A stretch of DNA of 64,000 nt from Patescibacteria group bacterium (GCA_018814025.1 JAHJAM010000023.1:1896-65895); one strand, 5' to 3'. Shown: positions 50,815 through 60,821, counted from the first letter of the stretch. Notes: a model not told the origin generated them from the sequence alone. Numbers and translations: made by a program.

Positions 50815-51738
50815 ATGGCCGTCCCCCTCTCAAAATTAATTACTGATTTTTTGGAGTATCTTGAAGTTGAGCGCGGGCGTTCGCAAAGAACTATTCGCAA
50901 TTATGATTTCTATTTGCGCCGTTTCAGCGAATGGGCCAAGAATCCCGCTCCAGCCAAAATTGATCGGGACATGATTCGCCAGTATCGCCTTTGGCTAAAC
51001 CGTTCTTTGCCTGGCCGGGCTGAAGAGAATTTAAAAAAGAGCACGCAAAACTATCATCTCATTGCCTTGCGTTCATTTTTGAAATATTTATCCAAGCGCG
51101 ATATCTCTTCCCTGCCCCCGGAACAGATCGAGCTATCCAAACAAAGCCAGCGTACGGTCGAATTTTTGGAAGCTGATGAATTAGCTCGACTTTTAGCCAT
51201 TCCGGCCAAGCATGATGATTTAATTTCCCTGCGCGACCATGCAATTCTCGAGCTCCTCTTCTCTACTGGTCTGCGCGTTTCCGAATTAGCCAATCTCAAA
51301 ATCGATCAAGTTAATCTCGAGCGTGATGAATTCACGGTCCGCGGCAAGGGTGATAAACCTCGGATCGTGTTTTTGTCTGACGATGCCAAAGCTTCGGTCA
51401 AGACATATCTTAAAAAACGCCAAGATCCTGCGCCGTTCATGTTTGTTTCCCACGATCGCGCCAAAATTGGCCGTCAAGAACAAAAACCCATCACCGCCCG
51501 ATCCATTGAACGCTTAGTCGAGCGCTACGCCAAGCAAGCCGGCATTACCAAAAAAATCACTCCTCACACCCTGCGCCACACTTTTGCCACCGATCTTCTT
51601 CTAGCCGGCGCTGACATTCGATCCGTCCAATCCCTGCTGGGGCACGAATCCATCACCACCACGCAAATCTACACCCACATCACCAACCAGCAATTAAAGG
51701 ATGTCCACAAAAAATTCCACGGGAAAAACCGCAAATAA
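50815..51738 (+). CDS. XerC/XerD-family tyrosine recombinase
   Basis: LFSTGLRVSEL, VRGKG.K.R, TPHTLRHTFAT, LLGH..I.TTQIY. Confidence 0.93.
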   Translation: MAVPLSKLITDFLEYLEVERGRSQRTIRNYDFYLRRFSEWAKNPAPAKIDRDMIRQYRLWLNRSLPGRAEENLKKSTQNYHLIALRSFLKYLSKRDISSLPPEQIELSKQSQRTVEFLEADELARLLAIPAKHDDLISLRDHAILELLFSTGLRVSELANLKIDQVNLERDEFTVRGKGDKPRIVFLSDDAKASVKTYLKKRQDPAPFMFVSHDRAKIGRQEQKPITARSIERLVERYAKQAGITKKITPHTLRHTFATDLLLAGADIRSVQSLLGHESITTTQIYTHITNQQLKDVHKKFHGKNRK

Positions 51739-51766
51739 AAAACACCCCGGCTGAGCCAGGGTGTTT

Positions 51767-52597
51767 TTAAATCGACAAGAAATACCCGATAATCATGCCC
51801 GCGGCCAGCATGGGCATGGCCGGGATGCCGGTTTTGATCACGGTCGCCAGTATCGTGTTTATCAGTCCGCCAATAATGGCGCCGGCCAAGACCGCCAAAG
51901 CTACCGGAATCGTGTGGGAAAAACTCACGGCCGCAATGAAGATTCCTGGCAGGAATAAATCACCGGCGCCCAGCATGGCACTGCTGTCTTTTAAATTCGG
52001 TTTGGCCTTCCAGGCAATATGAGCGCGCGGCGCCAATAGTAATAAAGGGACGTTTTGTTCCACGGCCGTCGCTGCCAAGCGCGGAATAAAGCGCGTAGCA
52101 AAAACACCCAAGACATCGTAAACGCTAATGATTATCAAGACCATGATTATGAGCTCCACCGAATATCCCAGCCCGATTGGCAGTGATCCAAACAACACGG
52201 CCGCCAGGATGAAAACATTATTCGAGATGAAGCTGCGATACATGCGCTCGTAAATCAGCAAACCCATCGCCAAGAAGAAAGCCAGCTCCACACTAAAATA
52301 AATCGCGGCGCCGCCAAAAATTAGAAAGGATAAAATCATGGCCACGAGTGTTCCAAAGATATGCCGTCGTCGCACCAGATATAAAATGAACAGCGCAATC
52401 AACAAGGATAATAAGAAATCCAGCAAAGTAATTTGACCGGATTGTGATGAAACATATTGCAGGGAAGCAATAATTTTTGGCGAGGTCAGGCTGGCGAATA
52501 GAATAATCAAAAGCCAAACCAGCATTCCGCTGGCGATCAGCATCAGAATGCTATTGGCCCGTTCGCGTTTTTTCAATTGTTTCACTCCTCCTGGCAT
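51767..52597 (-). CDS. Presenilin/SPP-like (A22) intramembrane aspartyl protease
   Basis: Polytopic; SVYD, LGAGD, IPAMP in the correct order. Confidence 0.8.
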   Translation of the reverse strand: MPGGVKQLKKRERANSILMLIASGMLVWLLIILFASLTSPKIIASLQYVSSQSGQITLLDFLLSLLIALFILYLVRRRHIFGTLVAMILSFLIFGGAAIYFSVELAFFLAMGLLIYERMYRSFISNNVFILAAVLFGSLPIGLGYSVELIIMVLIIISVYDVLGVFATRFIPRLAATAVEQNVPLLLLAPRAHIAWKAKPNLKDSSAMLGAGDLFLPGIFIAAVSFSHTIPVALAVLAGAIIGGLINTILATVIKTGIPAMPMLAAGMIIGYFLSI

Positions 52598-52666
52598 ATC
52601 GTGCTAATATTGTAGCATACGATTGACAAAGCTGGTGAAATCAAGTAACATTCCCTGCTACAATAT

Positions 52667-52743
52667 GCACCCGTAGCTCAACCGGATAGAGCAGGAGGGT
52701 TCTAACCTCAAGGTTGCAGGTTCGAGTCCTGCCGGGTGTACCA
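52667..52743 (+). tRNA. tRNA-Arg(TCT)
   Basis: Cloverleaf, TCT anticodon, A20, CCA. Confidence 0.92.
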
Positions 52744-52777
52744 TCGAGCTTGGCTCGAACAGATAGTAATTTCTCAT

Positions 52778-52853
52778 GGCGACTATGGTGTAACGGTTAG
52801 CACATCAGTTTGTGGTACTGATAGCGAGGGTTCGACTCCCTCTAGTCGCCCCA
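52778..52853 (+). tRNA. tRNA-His(GTG)
   Basis: G-1, GCGACTA/TAGTCGC, GTG anticodon, C73, CCA. Confidence 0.93.
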
Positions 52854-52944
52854 TCGAGCTTAGCTCGATTGTTTCGCGGTTAGCCAAAGCTAAGCTTTGG
52901 CCGTACTCGAGATAAGCTCGATGATCAGGCCAGCTGAGCTGGCC
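52853..52944. repeat. Cluster of short palindromes centred on GC-TNA-GC
   Basis: ATCGAGC-TTA-GCTCGAT, GCCAAAGC-TAA-GCTTTGGC, TCGAG-ATAAG-CTCGA, GGCCAGC-TGA-GCTGGCC. Confidence 0.75.
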
Positions 52945-53035
52945 CACCAAAACAAATAATCTCCCTTTTGGGGAGGTTTTTTGTATTAATCCTTTACTAA
53001 TCCGCCTCAAATCAGTAAGCTATGGGCGCTATTCT

Positions 53036-54061
53036 ATGAAACGATTCCTCCCCACAATTTTAGCGGTCATTCTGGTTATTGGCGCCAGTTGTTTCGTTTA
53101 TCCCCGGTCAGAAACTCCGGCCGTGCCAAATCTCACCGCCCCCGCTCCCTCAACCATTGTTGAGGATCTATTTGGCGTCATCGATCAAATCAATGCTGCC
53201 GATCGCATTATGAGGATTCTTTTGCCCGATGGCGGTCTGGAAGAAGTTATTTTCACCGATCAACACTCCATCGTCGCTTCTGATCTCGGTCTATTGGCTC
53301 ATGTCTCAGGAGAACGCGAACTTTCAACCCGCCAAATCAAAGCTGACGCCATCCAACTGATCGGTTCACCCAACCTGTTTATTACTTCTCCCGAACCCGG
53401 TGCGGTTGTCACCTCCCCCATTATCGTGTTTGGCTTTGGCCGCGTTTTTGAACAAACCTTTCTTTGGCGCCTTAAAGATTCCAGCGGAGCCGTAGTTGGT
53501 CATGGTTACGCCATGACTAGCGCGCGCGACCTGGGTCAATTCGGTCCGTTTCGCTTGGAAATATTTCCGCCAGTTTTGCCTGACAAGTCTTTCACTTTAG
53601 AAATTTTTGCAGCTTCGCCGCGCGATGGCAGCGAACAAGATTTAGTGTCTGTCCCTCTTCATCTATTGTCCGCCGAGGCCACCACTTTCAATATTTTTCT
53701 TAGCAACCCTAATCAAGGCTCAGCTCATGATTGTTCTTTGGTCTATCCCGTGACCCGCACCATCGCCAAAACCAGTGCCGTGGGTCGCGCCGCTTTGCTT
53801 GAACTTTTGGTCGGTCCCACCCCGGAAGAAAAGTCCCAAGGCTACCAAACCCAGATCCCCGTTGGCACCCGGTTAAATTCTCTCAGCATCACCAGCGATA
53901 CCGCTATCGCGGATTTCTTTTTTCCTCCATATAATATTGCTGGCTCATGTCGAGTCATGGCCATTAATGAAGCAATCAACCAAACACTTTTGCAGTTCTC
54001 CACCGTAAATAATGTGGATATCTTAGAAAATGGCGGCTATCCGGTCAGTCTTGAGCCTTAA
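53036..54061 (+). CDS. Gmad2 Ig-like + GerMN domain exported protein (second paralog)
   Basis: GFGRVFE, SPRDGSE, ALLELLVGPT, AGSCRV, TLLQFSTV. Confidence 0.85.
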   Translation: MKRFLPTILAVILVIGASCFVYPRSETPAVPNLTAPAPSTIVEDLFGVIDQINAADRIMRILLPDGGLEEVIFTDQHSIVASDLGLLAHVSGERELSTRQIKADAIQLIGSPNLFITSPEPGAVVTSPIIVFGFGRVFEQTFLWRLKDSSGAVVGHGYAMTSARDLGQFGPFRLEIFPPVLPDKSFTLEIFAASPRDGSEQDLVSVPLHLLSAEATTFNIFLSNPNQGSAHDCSLVYPVTRTIAKTSAVGRAALLELLVGPTPEEKSQGYQTQIPVGTRLNSLSITSDTAIADFFFPPYNIAGSCRVMAINEAINQTLLQFSTVNNVDILENGGYPVSLEP

Positions 54062-54343
54062 ACATATTGAACAAAATTTAGTAAATCCGCTCCATTGAGC
54101 GGTTTTTTGTTTTCATAACTAAATCCCTTGACAGTCTCTTAACCCTGAGATATTATACCCGCCATCGCCGCAAAATTTGCGGTTTTGCTCTTTTCAAGTG
54201 AAGTGTTCAAAGCAGTTAAAAACGATCTCCTCCAGTTTCACTGGTGGCCTCGGATTCCGAAAGGACCGAGTCTGGCATACGAAATATCTCGGTGCCAGCG
54301 ATCGTTCTTAAAGATGCCCCAAAAAGGGCAGCGGGAGTGCCAG

Positions 54344-55429
54344 ATGACTCAGAACCAGAACCGGAACCGGAACACCACCACGGGCAACAACCGCCGCTAC
54401 CGCCGGCACGAAAACGAGCCAACCAAGCTCACCAAGTTTTCGTACGCCACCGATGGCGGCAGCCTCGACGTGGTCACCGGTCCCATGCACTCGGTGCACG
54501 GGTACCTTCAGCGGACCAAGGACAAGATCGCCATCTCGGCCATCTCGCTGAGCACTCTGCTCAAGCAGGCCATTGTCTCGGTGATCGTGTTCAAGAGCGA
54601 CAAACCCGGCATGTTCTCAACCAAGACCTTGATCCCCAAGGCCATCCTCGATGAGGTCTACCGAACCGCCAGCTACTACAGCGGCGTGCCCATCCAGATG
54701 GCCTGGCTGCGCCTCTTCGGGGATCTGGACCACAAGGTCCGCGTCGCCAGCTTCGACAGCGAGATCTTCAACGACAACTTCGGCTTCCTGGTCAACCGGT
54801 TCATGAAGGAGTTCAGCTTCATCTTTAAGGGCGGTCTGCTCAACGGCCATGCCGACACCAACACGCTGGTTCTCACCGCCCCGTACAACCCCAAGGCCAC
54901 GCGCCAGACCTACGCAAGCAACGGCACCAACTTCGGGCCGCTGCCCACGGTCACCGACAAGTCGGTCTGCCAGAGTGTCTTCGGCAAGAACCTGCTGGTG
55001 CAGGCCGAGCGCGGCGGTAACATCATGTTCGGGCTCACCAGCCAGAACCTGAGCGACTACCTCAACCACAAGATCGCCAAGCCCGACTGGGTCAAGGCCG
55101 GCAAGTTCGATGGCAACATCATCGAGCTCTCCAGCATCCCGGTCAACGCCGGCGTCATGGTCGTCACCACCGAGCGCAAGGGTGACCGTCGCTTCGACCT
55201 GGTTCGCGTGAACTGGGACAAGGATCTGCCCGTGATCCGGCCGGATCGCCAGATCCAGGTCATGGGGATCGCTCCGGTGATCCGCACCGACCAGAATGGC
55301 ATCATCACCTACGGCAGCGACCTGGACAACAGCTTCATCGGCATCATCCCGACTGACCAGCTGGGCTCCGAGTTCGCGGGCCTGATCGCCACCCCGCCGG
55401 TCGCCTCCACCCTGCCGAACATCATGTAG
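54344..55429 (+). CDS. Hypothetical protein with strongly G/C-ending codons
   Basis: GGGAG RBS; TTGACA-17-TATTAT promoter at ~54128-54156; terminator 55488-55522. Confidence 0.75.
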   Translation: MTQNQNRNRNTTTGNNRRYRRHENEPTKLTKFSYATDGGSLDVVTGPMHSVHGYLQRTKDKIAISAISLSTLLKQAIVSVIVFKSDKPGMFSTKTLIPKAILDEVYRTASYYSGVPIQMAWLRLFGDLDHKVRVASFDSEIFNDNFGFLVNRFMKEFSFIFKGGLLNGHADTNTLVLTAPYNPKATRQTYASNGTNFGPLPTVTDKSVCQSVFGKNLLVQAERGGNIMFGLTSQNLSDYLNHKIAKPDWVKAGKFDGNIIELSSIPVNAGVMVVTTERKGDRRFDLVRVNWDKDLPVIRPDRQIQVMGIAPVIRTDQNGIITYGSDLDNSFIGIIPTDQLGSEFAGLIATPPVASTLPNIM

Positions 55430-55584
55430 TTCGGCCCAGAACACTTCCCCCTTTCCCCAGTACTCTCTCCGGGTCGCTGGGAAACCTCGCCGGTGCGCAC
55501 CTCGTGTGTGCACCGGCTTTTTTGTTGACTTAACTTTTCTCTCTGGATAACCTAACCCCAGGTCTTTTACTGAAAGGGACAAAC

Positions 55585-56052
55585 ATGAACCATAAGCCGC
55601 CGATTTTTATCGGAGCTGATCACGCTGGTTGGGAATTGAAGCAAGCCATCAAAAAATATTTTTTCGACTCAGGGTATGATGTCACGGATTTTGGCAATCT
55701 TGATCTTGATCCCAATGATGATTATCCGGACTTTGCTCTGGCCGTGGCTCAAAACGTCGCCGCGGTTGAAAACGCTCGCGGTTTTCTCTTCTGCGGCAGC
55801 GCTCAGGGCATGGTCATGTGCGCCAACAAGGTCAAAGGTATTCGTGCCGCCTTGGGTTGGAGCATCAATGCCGCCCGAAGTTCCCGCCGGCACAACGATG
55901 CCAACATCCTTTGTCTGCCGGCCCGCGATCTGGCCTTGAGCCTGGCCAGGCAGATCGTGGACCTGTGGCTGTTCACTCCCAAGAGTTCGGAAGAACGCCA
56001 TGCTCGCCGGGTGCAAAAAATCGCCGAGTACGAAGCTCAACAGACCAATTAG
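55585..56052 (+). CDS. rpiB: Ribose-5-phosphate isomerase B family
   Basis: GADHAG..LK, DYPD, CGS..G, ANKVKGIRAA, HNDANIL, RH.RRV. Confidence 0.92.
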   Translation: MNHKPPIFIGADHAGWELKQAIKKYFFDSGYDVTDFGNLDLDPNDDYPDFALAVAQNVAAVENARGFLFCGSAQGMVMCANKVKGIRAALGWSINAARSSRRHNDANILCLPARDLALSLARQIVDLWLFTPKSSEERHARRVQKIAEYEAQQTN

Positions 56053-56127
56053 GTCGCTCAAACCGACGCCTCTGCGCGTCGGTTTTTTAGTGGACTAAGG
56101 CCCCAAAAGCCCGTAAGATACCACTAT

Positions 56128-58773
56128 ATGGCTAATCGCAAAGAAACCTTTTTAATCCTCGATGGCAACGCGCTTCTGCACCGCGCCTGGCACGCTCTTC
56201 CCCCGTTAACCACCAAAGATGGCACCGTGGTTCATGCCGCCTACGGTTTTGCCATGGTGCTTGAGAAAATGCTCGAGCAGTATCAACCCACTTACATGGC
56301 GGTTGCTTGGGACACCAAAGAACCCACTTTTCGTCATGAGAAATTTAAGGCCTACAAAGCCCAGCGCGAGGAAAAAGCCCAGGAGCTTTATGATCAAATT
56401 CCCATCATCCAAAATATTCTGAGCGTCTTTAATATCCCGTCTCTGGCCGCGCCCGGTTTTGAAGCTGATGATATTATTGCCACTTTGGCTGATCAAGCTT
56501 CTCAAAAAGAAATTCATACTTTCATCGTCACCGGCGATTTGGACGCGCTTCAGCTGGTTGATCCCACCAACACCGTGGTCTTTTTTCAAAAAGGCATTTC
56601 CGAAACCAAACATTATGATGAACAGGCCGTGTTTGATCGTTACGGTTTTACTCCCAAACAGTTGGTTGATTATAAAGCCTTGCGCGGCGACCCGTCCGAC
56701 AACATTCCGGGCGTGCCTGGCATTGGGGAAAAAACCGCTGTCCTTCTAGTTCAAGAGCATCATGACATTGCTGGGATCATTCAGGCCCTGAAAGACGGTC
56801 TGATTCCGGAAAAATTCGCCAAAAAACTCAAAGGCCAGGAACAGGTTATGCAAGATTCTCTTGATCTGGTCAAAATGGTCCATGATGTGCCCATCTCTTT
56901 TAAATTTTCCCATTCCAAAGTCAGACAACCGGATCTGAACAAACTTCTCAGCCTTTATCGCGATTTGGAATTTCGTTCTCTATTGCGCAAGCACGCTCAA
57001 GAGATCCCGCCGCCGCCCGCGCCCAAGAAACCGATTTTCAAAAAATCTCCGTTAACCGTGGTCCGCCACCTCAATCAGTTTCAAACCGATCTTCATCAGC
57101 TTGCCAATGATGCTTTAGGTATTATGTTGCTCGAACAGGCTCAAGATCTCTTTGGTGCCACTCTATCCGGCTTAATTATTTCTGATGGCTCTCGGACCAT
57201 CATCTTTCCCAACCCAAATCAAGCCGCCCTTGATTTAACCGAGCAAAAATTGACTCAAGCCTCTTCGGTCATCGTCCACGATCTCAAAAAACTTGCACAT
57301 CTGACTGGCTGGCCCGCGGCTGATCGGTATTTTGATCTCATGCTCGCTTCCTATCTTTTACATTCCGGTTCTCGTTCCCACGATCTCGCCTCCATCGTCA
57401 ACGAACACCTGCAATTGAAGATTGCCGAAATTCCCGAGCATTGCGCTTCAGACAAAGAACATGCAAGCCTGGCCGCTCTGGTCAGTGCTTATCCCAAATT
57501 AGCGAAAATCATGTCAGACGAATTGGCCTCAACCAACATGACTAAGGTATTTAAAGAGATTGAAATGCCCCTGATCCCAGTTTTATTTGAACTTGAACAA
57601 AATGGTATCAAACTTGATGTCAAAGCCTTGGCGGTATTTTCCAAAGAATTGAAAAAAGAACTTGATCGCTTGACCAAAGCCATTCATGAACAGGCCGGTG
57701 AAGAATTAAATATCAATTCTCCTTCTCAACTCGCGACCATTCTATTTGAGAAACTAAATCTGCCCACCAAAGGCATTAAAAAAACGCAAAAAGGCTTTTC
57801 CACGGCCGCGCCCGAGCTGGAAAAGCTCACGGCCGCGCACCCGATCGTGCCGCTTATCTCTGAATACCGCGAACTTGCCAAACTCCAATCAACTTATGTC
57901 GAAGCCCTGCCCGAGTTGGTCGGTCAGGACGGCCGCTTGCACACCACCTTCAACCAAACCGTGACCGCCACCGGTCGTTTATCATCCTCCAATCCCAATT
58001 TGCAGAACATCCCGATTAAAACCGAACTGGGCAACAAAATCCGCCAAGCTTTCATCGCGGACAAGGGTCAGAAATTAATCGCGGCCGATTATTCGCAAAT
58101 CGAATTGCGCCTGGTTGCGCATTTAGCCAAAGATAAGTCTTTCATCAACGCTTTTAATGAAGGTGCCGACATTCACATCCGGACCGCGGCCGAGATTGCC
58201 GGCATCGCTGAGGACCAAGTCACCAAAGAAATGCGCCGCGCCGCCAAAGCCATCAACTTTGGGGTGATCTACGGCATGGGCGCGCATGCTTTGGCTCGAT
58301 CCACCGGCCAATCATTCCGCGAGGCCCAAGACTTCATTGATCGCTACTTTATTCTGCACAAATCGGTTCGAGAGTATCTAGACGGCACCAAAGCTTTTGC
58401 CCACGCCGAAGGTTACGTGGAAACTCTTTTCGGCCGCCGCCGTTATCTGCCCGAACTTGAGAGCGGCCTGCCCATGCTGGTTGCCTCAGGCGAGCGTATG
58501 GCCATCAACATGCCGGTTCAGGGCACGGCCGCGGATTTAATGAAAATGGCCATGATTGAAGTGCATGGCTGGTTGAAGCAAAGCGGCTGGCCCGCCAAAA
58601 TGTTATTGCAGGTACATGACGAAATCGTGATCGAAGTCGCTAGCGATGCCGTGGACAAAGTCGCCAAAGGTATTAAGGAAATCATGGAAAACATCGCCCA
58701 ATTATCCGTCCCGCTGGTTGTCGATGTGGAAGTCGGAACCAACTGGGGAGAGATGGAAGCCTGGAAAAAATAA
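56128..58773 (+). CDS. polA: DNA polymerase I
   Basis: EADD, GDPSDNIPGV, TATGRLSS.NPNLQNIP, ADYSQIELR, KAINFG..YG, QVHDE. Confidence 0.98.
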   Translation: MANRKETFLILDGNALLHRAWHALPPLTTKDGTVVHAAYGFAMVLEKMLEQYQPTYMAVAWDTKEPTFRHEKFKAYKAQREEKAQELYDQIPIIQNILSVFNIPSLAAPGFEADDIIATLADQASQKEIHTFIVTGDLDALQLVDPTNTVVFFQKGISETKHYDEQAVFDRYGFTPKQLVDYKALRGDPSDNIPGVPGIGEKTAVLLVQEHHDIAGIIQALKDGLIPEKFAKKLKGQEQVMQDSLDLVKMVHDVPISFKFSHSKVRQPDLNKLLSLYRDLEFRSLLRKHAQEIPPPPAPKKPIFKKSPLTVVRHLNQFQTDLHQLANDALGIMLLEQAQDLFGATLSGLIISDGSRTIIFPNPNQAALDLTEQKLTQASSVIVHDLKKLAHLTGWPAADRYFDLMLASYLLHSGSRSHDLASIVNEHLQLKIAEIPEHCASDKEHASLAALVSAYPKLAKIMSDELASTNMTKVFKEIEMPLIPVLFELEQNGIKLDVKALAVFSKELKKELDRLTKAIHEQAGEELNINSPSQLATILFEKLNLPTKGIKKTQKGFSTAAPELEKLTAAHPIVPLISEYRELAKLQSTYVEALPELVGQDGRLHTTFNQTVTATGRLSSSNPNLQNIPIKTELGNKIRQAFIADKGQKLIAADYSQIELRLVAHLAKDKSFINAFNEGADIHIRTAAEIAGIAEDQVTKEMRRAAKAINFGVIYGMGAHALARSTGQSFREAQDFIDRYFILHKSVREYLDGTKAFAHAEGYVETLFGRRRYLPELESGLPMLVASGERMAINMPVQGTAADLMKMAMIEVHGWLKQSGWPAKMLLQVHDEIVIEVASDAVDKVAKGIKEIMENIAQLSVPLVVDVEVGTNWGEMEAWKK

Positions 58774-58817
58774 TTGAGAATTAAAAACCCCGAGCGCGTC
58801 TCGCTCGGGGTTTTGAG

Positions 58818-59390
58818 TTACGGTTTCATCAAGATCAGTTCTCGGATGAGGTGGGTATGAGGCAAAGGTTCTATGTCGAACCGTTGGAAATCATCGGTCT
58901 GGACGACCCGAAACAAACGAGTCCAATCTGCGATCGTTGCTTCCGGCAGTTCGTAGTCGATCTGACCAGCGTGGTCAGTGATTCGCCGATTGAAATGAAC
59001 CAAGAAATGCCCGCCCGGCTTCAGGACGCGAAATATCTCCGCGATCGCCACCGCTGCTTTTAAGTAATGAATCACGTTGACCATATAGGCCGCGGCCACG
59101 GTTTCGGAAGGAAATCGCAGCTCATGGGCGTCCATCAAACGGATTGTCACATCGGGATTGTGCAAGCTGGCCAGCGCAATTTCATCGAGATCGTTATCCA
59201 AGCCCACAATTCGCAAGCCGTTTTTCTTGAACACTGCCACGTCCCGACCGCTGCCGCAGCCGACATCAAGCACTGTTCCTACCAGGCCGAATTTCTTAAG
59301 GAAACCGGCAAAGCGAACCGCGTACTTGTCCGGGTGGTTATCCCAGTGTCGACCCTCAACATACTTTTCAAAGAGCGCTTGGTTTTCCAT
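58818..59390 (-). CDS. Class I SAM-dependent methyltransferase
   Basis: VLDVGCGSG, EIFRVLKPGG; GGAGG RBS; TTGACA-17-TATATT promoter. Confidence 0.85.
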   Translation of the reverse strand: MENQALFEKYVEGRHWDNHPDKYAVRFAGFLKKFGLVGTVLDVGCGSGRDVAVFKKNGLRIVGLDNDLDEIALASLHNPDVTIRLMDAHELRFPSETVAAAYMVNVIHYLKAAVAIAEIFRVLKPGGHFLVHFNRRITDHAGQIDYELPEATIADWTRLFRVVQTDDFQRFDIEPLPHTHLIRELILMKP

Positions 59391-59474
59391 GTTTTCCTCC
59401 TGGGAAGAAGCTGAAAATATATAAGTTGCCGGCAATTTTGTCAATCATCAGAAATCAGGTAAGATGCCACCACT

Positions 59475-60449
59475 ATGCTTATCTTTATTTTCGGCGAAGA
59501 TTCTTTCCAAGTACAAGAAAAGGTCAAGGAAATGAAGGACGCTTTTGCCAAAAAGTTTGACCCCACTGGTTTGAATACTCAAATTTTCCCGCCCGAAGGC
59601 TCGGACAAGCTTGAGACCGGTGAAATCCTGCAGGCCGCCTGTTCCTACCCTTTTATGAGTGAGCGGCGCTTAGTCGTGATTCGTGATTTGATCGCTCGCG
59701 TTAAGAAAGATGAGGAAGCTGTCTGGATCCAAGGCCTTTCTCGCATCCCGGATTCTTCAATTGTCATTTTTTGGGAAACCATGGATCCCAAAGCCCTTGA
59801 AAAAAAGTCCTTGTTTAAAGAATTAAAAAAATTTTCTCAAGTTTATTTTTATCCATTCCCGGAATTACAAGGTTCTGAACTGCAAAAGTGGGCCGCGGCC
59901 CGAATTTCGTCTCGGGCCGGTCGGATCGATTCCCCTGCTTTGCGTACGCTAGTTGAACGCGTCGGATCAGATCTGTGGCAGCTGGCGAGCGAGATCGAGA
60001 AACTCGTCGCTCTGGCCGACGGCCAGCTCATCAATCAGCAAATGATTGAGGATAATGTCAGCGCGTCCTTCGAGGGCGAGATCTTCGCGCTCATCGACGC
60101 GGTCGCTAACAAAAAAGGCGTTGATGCGCTTCGTCGTTTGCAGCGCGAACGTTGGGCTGGTACCAATGATTTTTATTTGATTAGTATGCTCGCCCGCCAA
60201 GTCCGCATTCTCCTGGCCGCGCGCTCGATGCTGGATGAGAATCCTCGCGCTCTTAAACAAGATCTGGCCGATGCCATGGCTCTTCATCCGTTTGTGGCCC
60301 AAAAAGCCCTGCAACAGGCGCGCGCCTTCTCCTTTACCGATCTCAAACACACTCACGACCTGCTTTTCGAATTTGATTGGAAAATGAAATCCGGCCTTAT
60401 CAGTGCAGATTTGGCCGTGGATTTAATAACAACTGATTTACTGAAATAA
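59475..60449 (+). CDS. holA: DNA polymerase III delta subunit
   Basis: IFIFGED.F, PFMSERRLVVI, EIEKL, IFALIDA, HPFV..K. Confidence 0.93.
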   Translation: MLIFIFGEDSFQVQEKVKEMKDAFAKKFDPTGLNTQIFPPEGSDKLETGEILQAACSYPFMSERRLVVIRDLIARVKKDEEAVWIQGLSRIPDSSIVIFWETMDPKALEKKSLFKELKKFSQVYFYPFPELQGSELQKWAAARISSRAGRIDSPALRTLVERVGSDLWQLASEIEKLVALADGQLINQQMIEDNVSASFEGEIFALIDAVANKKGVDALRRLQRERWAGTNDFYLISMLARQVRILLAARSMLDENPRALKQDLADAMALHPFVAQKALQQARAFSFTDLKHTHDLLFEFDWKMKSGLISADLAVDLITTDLLK

Positions 60450-60488
60450 AAAAGCCCCGACCATTTCTGGTCGGGGCAGTGCGTTTTC

Positions 60489-60779
60489 TCAACCCATTAT
60501 CTCAAACCGGATCACTTCCACTTGATCTTGTCCGCCTTCGGATTTAACTTTCTCTATCTCAACATCAGAAACCCCAAGATTCACCAATTGATCCAAATCC
60601 ACCATCTGTACATCCTTGATCAGAACATTCACATCCCAATCTTCCCCATCATAAGACTCGGCTCGATAAGTTTCACCAACCCGATACTTCCCCATCTCCT
60701 CGCCCACCCGAATCGTCATGTTTTTAAATCGGTCTAACAATGCTTGTTTATAATCTGCTGGAAATAAAATATTTTTCAT
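60489..60779 (-). CDS. Small ASCH/PUA-like protein
   Basis: F..DY..A.....K.MTIR.G pattern, C-terminal VEVIRFE. Confidence 0.55.
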   Translation of the reverse strand: MKNILFPADYKQALLDRFKNMTIRVGEEMGKYRVGETYRAESYDGEDWDVNVLIKDVQMVDLDQLVNLGVSDVEIEKVKSEGGQDQVEVIRFEIMG

Positions 60780-60821
60780 ACAATTTCATTATATCAAAAA
60801 CGGCCCCGCAGGGCCGTTTTC

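Noticed and set aside
50815-51738. Integron or prophage integrase
   Set aside because: Looks like housekeeping Xer, with no IntI-specific insertion, attC sites or att duplications seen
52783-53010. 75-aa minus-strand ORF
   Set aside because: Antisense to tRNA-His and the palindrome cluster
54617-55582. 321-aa antisense ORF
   Set aside because: Shadow frame caused by the strong codon bias of the plus-strand gene
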